From positions 136,436-200,435 of the forward strand of contig CAWEYU010000005.1 of assembly GCA_963813405.1 (NCBI GenBank): a stretch of 64,000 nucleotides of DNA. Direction: 5' to 3'. The notes under the pieces were generated by a model that was not told the DNA's origin, did no database searches, and saw only the letters and a list, made by a program, of their open reading frames with translations. Made by a program: the position numbers and the translations under genes. The stretch comes from an uncultured Bacteroidales bacterium (GTDB taxonomy: Bacteria > Bacteroidota > Bacteroidia > Bacteroidales > VadinHA17). Within the stretch, counting starts at the first letter, position 1, and every line of letters begins with the position of its first letter. Below, piece after piece: positions 59,451 to 64,000 of this stretch.

Positions 59451-61907
59451 ATGATCTATTCAAATCATAATAGTATGAAAAGATGTTTCTTCTATCTGTT
59501 TAATAGCCTGTTAGTTGTAATATTAGATGTTTTTATTTACACTGCATCGGGACAGGAGATCAGGGGGAGGGTGACTGATGTGAATGGTGATCCTCTTGCA
59601 GGAGCAGCCGTTACCATAAAGAATACTTTTCTTGGTACTTACACTGAGTCTGACGGTACTTTTCTTTTGAAATTGTCCCAGGGCGGAACCTACATCCTGA
59701 ATTTCTCATTCATTGGATACAGGACCTCCTCACAGGAAATTACCCTAAAGGATGAACTCACACTGAATGTAACTCTTGTACAGGGAGAAATTATGACAGG
59801 GGAAGTGATTGTGAATGGAACGCGGGCAGGTAACAAAACTCCGGTGACCTTCACAAATGTGGGAAAAGAAGTAATAGCCAAAAGTAACAACGGACAGGAT
59901 ATTCCATACCTTATCGGATTGACACCTTCCCTTATTGAGACATCAGAGACAGGAACAGGAATAGGTTACACCGGATTGCGGATACGTGGTACTGATGGCA
60001 GCAGAATAAACGTAACAATTGATGGCATACCATTGAATGACGCGGAATCGCAGCAGGTTTTCTGGGTTGACCTTCCGGATCTTGCGTCCTCAGTCGACAA
60101 TATACAGATCCAGAGAGGTGTTGGAACATCCTCCAATGGTGCCGGAGCATTTGGTGCTTCAATCAATATTGAGTCGAAAAGCCCTGACATCCTCCCCTTT
60201 GCCGAGTTAAGCACAACACTTGGGTCATTTAATACAAGAAAAAACACGATAATGGCAGGAACCGGATTGCTTGCAGGAAAATTTGCCTTTCAGATGAGGT
60301 ATTCAGATATAAAAAGCGACGGATATATAGAAAGAACAGGAGTCTCTAACAGATCAGCATATATCAGTGGGATCTATAGCACGGGCAGATCAACTCTGAA
60401 AGCAAACCTGATACTTGGTGAAGAGCATACGGGAATAAGCTGGTGGGGTGTTCCAAAGGAAATGCTTTCGATAAACCGCAGGTATAATCCGGCCGGAGAG
60501 TATATTGACCAAAACGGGAAAATAAATCATTATCAAAATGAAAGTGATAATTATAAACAAAACCATATCCAGTTAATTTATCATCTGAATATTAATAAAT
60601 ATACCTTTCTGAATGCTGCTTTGCATTATACTTTCGGAGAGGGATATTATGAAGAGTACAGGCAATATCAGCCGTTATCGGATTATGGATTGAACTCAAT
60701 AGTTATCGGGAATAAGGAAATAGATACTACAGATCTGATCAGGCGAAAATGGCTGTCAAACAACTTTTATGGAGCAGTATATTCCCTTAGTTACAGGAAA
60801 GGAAGGACAGATGCTGTTCTCGGAGGAGGGATGAATGTCTATAAAGGCGACAACTTCGGTACTATTATATGGATGAGAAACGCAGGGAACACTGAAAAAG
60901 ACTGGCAATGGTACCTTAATAAGGCTACCAAGGATGAATTTAACATTTATGGTAAGATAAATTATGAGCTTACTGATAGACTTAATGGTTTTGTCGATTT
61001 TAACTACAGATACGTTTTTTATAAAATGGCCGGACCTGATGACGACTTAAGGATTTTATCAGAAAAACACACTTTTAACTTCATAAATCCCAAAGCCGGA
61101 CTATTCTTCTCAATATCCCCCAATCAGGAGACCTATCTTTCCTTTGCAGTTGCTCATAAAGAACCAACAAGGTCAGATTACAAGGTAGCATCAGGAGATA
61201 AAAAGGTCACTCCCTTACCAGAAACACTATATGATGTTGAGGCAGGATATAATTTCAGAACTGGTAAATCAGCAGTTGGCTTGAATCTGTTCGGTATGGT
61301 CTACAGAGACCAGCTGATCCCCACAGGTAAACTAAGTGATGTGGGATATCCGGTTATGACAAATGTTAAAAACAGTTACAGAACGGGTATTGAATTCCTT
61401 GCAGGCATTAAGCCCAATAAGCTGATCAACTGGCAATTCAATATGACTCTGAGCAGGAATAAGATCCCGGACTTCACGGAATATTATCAGGACTATATCA
61501 CAGCAGATAATTCATATATCGATAAGACTAAAAAACTAAGAAATGTTGACATTGCATACTCGCCATCATTGACCGCATCGAGCGATATTGGCTTGAGTTT
61601 TTCTGATGATATTAAAATTCATTTTATTACAAAATACGTGGGTGCCCAGTATTTCGATAATACAATGAATCGTGAAAGAAAGCTTGACCGGTATGTCGTA
61701 AATAATTTGAGGATCGATTTTAATCCTGTAATTAAAAAGACAAAAAGTGTGGATATACAGTTGTTTATAAATAACCTCTTAAACAATATGTACGAAAATA
61801 ATGCATACGGGGGCAGCTGGTACCAGGATGGAAAGGGAAACACATGGTCGTATTATTTTCCACAGGCAGGAATTAATTTTCTGATAAAACTGGGTATCAG
61901 ATTTTGA
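59451..61907 (+). CDS. TonB-dependent outer membrane receptor, thiamine-regulated (OMthi-type)
   Basis: 818 aa with a carboxypeptidase-regulatory-like domain (IRGRVTDVNGDPLAGAAVTIKNT). It also has a plug (GLRIRGTDGSRINVTIDGIPLND), a beta-barrel and a terminal F. It sits directly behind the TPP riboswitch. An alternative start is ATG 59475. Confidence 0.88.
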   Translation: MIYSNHNSMKRCFFYLFNSLLVVILDVFIYTASGQEIRGRVTDVNGDPLAGAAVTIKNTFLGTYTESDGTFLLKLSQGGTYILNFSFIGYRTSSQEITLKDELTLNVTLVQGEIMTGEVIVNGTRAGNKTPVTFTNVGKEVIAKSNNGQDIPYLIGLTPSLIETSETGTGIGYTGLRIRGTDGSRINVTIDGIPLNDAESQQVFWVDLPDLASSVDNIQIQRGVGTSSNGAGAFGASINIESKSPDILPFAELSTTLGSFNTRKNTIMAGTGLLAGKFAFQMRYSDIKSDGYIERTGVSNRSAYISGIYSTGRSTLKANLILGEEHTGISWWGVPKEMLSINRRYNPAGEYIDQNGKINHYQNESDNYKQNHIQLIYHLNINKYTFLNAALHYTFGEGYYEEYRQYQPLSDYGLNSIVIGNKEIDTTDLIRRKWLSNNFYGAVYSLSYRKGRTDAVLGGGMNVYKGDNFGTIIWMRNAGNTEKDWQWYLNKATKDEFNIYGKINYELTDRLNGFVDFNYRYVFYKMAGPDDDLRILSEKHTFNFINPKAGLFFSISPNQETYLSFAVAHKEPTRSDYKVASGDKKVTPLPETLYDVEAGYNFRTGKSAVGLNLFGMVYRDQLIPTGKLSDVGYPVMTNVKNSYRTGIEFLAGIKPNKLINWQFNMTLSRNKIPDFTEYYQDYITADNSYIDKTKKLRNVDIAYSPSLTASSDIGLSFSDDIKIHFITKYVGAQYFDNTMNRERKLDRYVVNNLRIDFNPVIKKTKSVDIQLFINNLLNNMYENNAYGGSWYQDGKGNTWSYYFPQAGINFLIKLGIRF

Positions 61908-61919
61908 TTGGTTTGAAAA

Positions 61920-62609
61920 ATGAATACCTGGATATATAATAATTATATAGAAGTCTTTGGTGCTTTAACCGGAATCATATATGTAGTGCTTGAGATAAGG
62001 CAGGCTGTCTGGCTCTGGCCGGTCGGTATCGTTACTTCTGCTGTTTATGTGTGGATCTTTTTTACAGGGAAATTGTATGCCGATATGAGCCTTCAGGCTT
62101 ATTATGTAGTAATAAGTATCCTGGGATGGTACTGGTGGATGAAGGGCGGAGGGCGGAGGGCGGAGGGCGAAGGGCAGGAATACCAGGCTGAAGATTCCCC
62201 CCTTGAGGGGGGACAGGGGGGTGTTATGACTGTCATAGAAAAACCTAAGACACTAGTAGTCACTAGGTTGAAATATAAGACCGGATTAATCTTACTGGTT
62301 ACGTTTATTATCTTATATTTTTTCATGTGGCTTACTCTGTCACGGTTGACAGATTCCCCTGTGCCCGAGTGGGATGCCTTTCTGACATCCTTGTCAATTA
62401 TTGCGACCTGGATGCTGGCAAGGAAAATTTATGAACACTGGTTCTTGTGGATAGTTGTTAACTCAGTCTCCGTCATTTTATATTTTACACGAGGCTTATA
62501 TCCAACAGTGGTGCTTTACTTTGTTTATCTGAGCATGTCATTTGTCGGATTGCTTGCATGGAGGAGATCTTTAAATATTGAGATCCCGATTTCTAAAGAA
62601 TATTCCTGA
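61920..62609 (+). CDS. pnuT: PnuC-family vitamin transporter, predicted thiamine transporter PnuT, carrying an in-frame repeat insertion
   Basis: 229 aa with a PnuC-like pattern (FGALTGIIYVVLEIRQ..W.WPVG; GWYWW; LSIIATWMLARK). It starts 12 nt after the riboswitch-controlled receptor gene. Residues about 75 to 103 are encoded by the R2 element. Confidence 0.8.
   Translation: MNTWIYNNYIEVFGALTGIIYVVLEIRQAVWLWPVGIVTSAVYVWIFFTGKLYADMSLQAYYVVISILGWYWWMKGGGRRAEGEGQEYQAEDSPLEGGQGGVMTVIEKPKTLVVTRLKYKTGLILLVTFIILYFFMWLTLSRLTDSPVPEWDAFLTSLSIIATWMLARKIYEHWFLWIVVNSVSVILYFTRGLYPTVVLYFVYLSMSFVGLLAWRRSLNIEIPISKEYS
62144..62226 (+). repeat. R2 composite element inside the pnuT coding sequence
   Basis: GGGCGGA GGGCGGA GGGCGGA GGGCGAA GGGCAGG AATACCAGGCTGAAGATT CCCCCCTTGAGGGGGG ACAGGGGGGTGTTA. 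It has the same architecture and near-identical distal part as 26419..26493 (minus strand). Confidence 0.85.
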
Positions 62610-63072
62610 TTTATTTCAGTAAATCAGTCCCCGGAAATTTCAGACGCAAATAAAAAAAATAGTCTAAAAAAGTTTGCAGGAATAAATTATTTAACATAAA
62701 TTAACTCGTTTTTTCCGATTTCTTATATATCGTGGGGAAGCTTTATTTTAGAGTTTCGCAGGAGAATATCGGAAAAGCGCTGAAAGTCAACCTTGTAGAA
62801 GAATACTATTAGGTATTAATGTTAACTGTTGTGTAGGGCTTTTATTACGGATTGAGAATGTATTCTGACTTGTATTGGAATATATAGATAATTCTGATTA
62901 AACCTATGTCTAACCTTAACCTTTTTGCCTATGGACCAACCCTATCCTTCCTGCCTCAATTCTGATTTGTTTGAGGTTTATGTTTTTTAGACTGAGCAAA
63001 ATGCCATCTAACCAGCATTAATAGTCTATTTGTTATTTTATTTAAAAAATTTAAACTTAATACATTAACAGT

Positions 63073-64000
63073 ATGACAAAGAATCTCTTTATGATTAGTT
63101 CATTGCCAGGTCATTTCAAAAAGACAATACTGGTGATGAAACTAGTAACTATGCTGTTCCTGTTCGGGTCAATCCAGATATTTGCTTCTTCAGCAAATTC
63201 TGACAGGATTGCTTACCCGGACGATTTTCAACAGAAAACAGTGACTGGTGTGGTTAAAGATGTCAATGGAAATCCTTTAGCCGGTGTCAATGTCATTGAG
63301 AAAGGAACAACTAATGGTGCCCTGACTGATGCAAACGGAAAATATACAATTACCGTTAAATCAGCAAGCTCTGTACTTAATTTTTCCTTCATCGGACTTA
63401 CTACCAAGGAATCCGTCGTAGGTGCAGGAAACACTGTAGATATAGTATTAATTGAGAGTCTCTCTAATCTTGATGAGGTTGTTGTCGTAGGGTATTCGAC
63501 CCAGACAAGAAAATCTCTGACAGGTGCAGTTACTACAGTTAACGCCCAGGCTTTATCCAAAGAAACAACCGCGAATGCAATTACGCGTTTGCAGGGTAAG
63601 GCATCAGGGGTCAACATTCTCAATGCAAAGGCACCCGGAGGAGGAGCTACTATTTCAATTCGTGGTTTGGGAACAATCAATAATAATACTCCACTGTTTG
63701 TAATAGATGGAGTACCTACCAAATCATCAATGTCCGAACTTAACCCCGATGAGATTGAATCACTGACAGTTCTTAAGGATGCTTCCTCGGCAGCTATATA
63801 TGGTGCACGTGGGGCAAATGGTGTTATTCTTATTACAACTAAGCGTGGGGCTACAGGTAAAGCTAAAGTTTCATTCAGTGCTCGTTATGGTACCAGTGGT
63901 TTTTCAAAATATTACAGAATGCTGAATACTCAGGAGTATGGAGAATTGATTTGGCTCGAAGCCAAGAACATGGGCGTTGCACCTTCGAACATTTTGTATG
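63073..64000 (+). CDS. susC: SusC/RagA family TonB-linked outer membrane transporter, N-terminal part (runs off the window)
   Basis: Not in the ORF track because there is no stop in the window. The frame is open from ATG 63073. Hand translation gives MTKNLFMISS...VTGVVKDVNGNPLAGVNVIEKGTTNGALTDANGKYTI...DEVVVVGYSTQTRKSLTGAVTTV...LTVLKDASSAAIYGARGANGVILITTKRG. Track ORF 63228..63722 (-) is its shadow. Confidence 0.9.
   Translation, partial: MTKNLFMISSLPGHFKKTILVMKLVTMLFLFGSIQIFASSANSDRIAYPDDFQQKTVTGVVKDVNGNPLAGVNVIEKGTTNGALTDANGKYTITVKSASSVLNFSFIGLTTKESVVGAGNTVDIVLIESLSNLDEVVVVGYSTQTRKSLTGAVTTVNAQALSKETTANAITRLQGKASGVNILNAKAPGGGATISIRGLGTINNNTPLFVIDGVPTKSSMSELNPDEIESLTVLKDASSAAIYGARGANGVILITTKRGATGKAKVSFSARYGTSGFSKYYRMLNTQEYGELIWLEAKNMGVAPSNILY

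Noticed and set aside
62606-62627. A hairpin (CTGATTTA-tttcag-TAAATCAG) at the pnuT stop codon as a terminator.
   Set aside because: The stem is AT-rich and 8 bp, with no following T-tract, so the predicted stability is too low for a confident intrinsic terminator call.
63228-63722. A 164-aa minus-strand ORF in the track.
   Set aside because: It is the antisense shadow of the clearly recognisable SusC N-terminus on the plus strand (open from ATG 63073 to the window edge). Its translation is low-complexity, with no recognisable motifs.
1-64000. Search for defence systems, toxin-antitoxin pairs, prophage or ICE genes, transposases, reverse transcriptases, tRNA/rRNA genes and CRISPR arrays.
   Set aside because: No ORF shows the relevant motifs (no recombinase, RT, Cas, helicase-nuclease or ATPase defence-type architecture). 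Intergenic regions contain no tRNA-like or array-like sequence. The only nuclease-fold gene is the GxxExxY protein reported above.

Overview
This is a chromosomal window from an AT-rich Bacteroidota genome, judged from SusC/SusD pairs, lipoprotein signals and TAnnTTTG-type promoter boxes. I saw no rRNA, tRNA, CRISPR array, integrase, transposase or prophage genes.

Layout, left to right:
- A ZIP-type metal transporter with an inserted cNMP-binding-like domain. It is cut by the left edge and missing from the ORF track. It sits divergent from kup.
- A tightly coupled minus-strand block: acyl-CoA ligase, GNAT-like protein, CrtI-like flavoprotein, esterase-TPR and a small membrane protein.
- cstA convergent with an O-methyltransferase.
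- A small AT-rich islet holding a beta-propeller lipoprotein and a GxxExxY/PD-(D/E)XK gene, punctuated by a ~50-bp repeat (R1).
- A complete 13-gene enterobacterial-type nuo operon (nuoA-B-CD-E-F-G-H-I-J-K-L-M-N), preceded by a dihydroorotate-dehydrogenase-like gene.
- An arabinan/arabinogalactan-type polysaccharide utilisation locus: SusC, SusD, DUF3823, two divergent GH51-like paralogues, two GH2, two GH51 and two GH43.
- A co-directional array of small enzymes: methyltransferase, acyltransferase, 4Fe-4S protein, esterase, CrtI-like flavoprotein and ogt.
- A TPP-riboswitch-controlled thiamine uptake pair (TonB-dependent receptor plus PnuT).
- The start of another SusC gene, cut by the right edge and also missing from the track.

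I did not find a convincing new multi-gene system such as a defence system. The most unusual content is three families of short repeats sitting in functionally sensitive places:
- R1 flanks the GxxExxY gene and supplies its start and stop regions.
- R2 is a composite G3N4-heptad plus GC-hairpin element. One copy lies inside the nuo operon and one lies in frame inside the pnuT coding sequence.
- R3 is a ~256-bp MITE-like palindrome with 20-bp terminal inverted repeats. Two inverted copies bracket a 9.4-kb glycoside hydrolase block.

All functional calls rest on motif recognition by eye. No database search was run.
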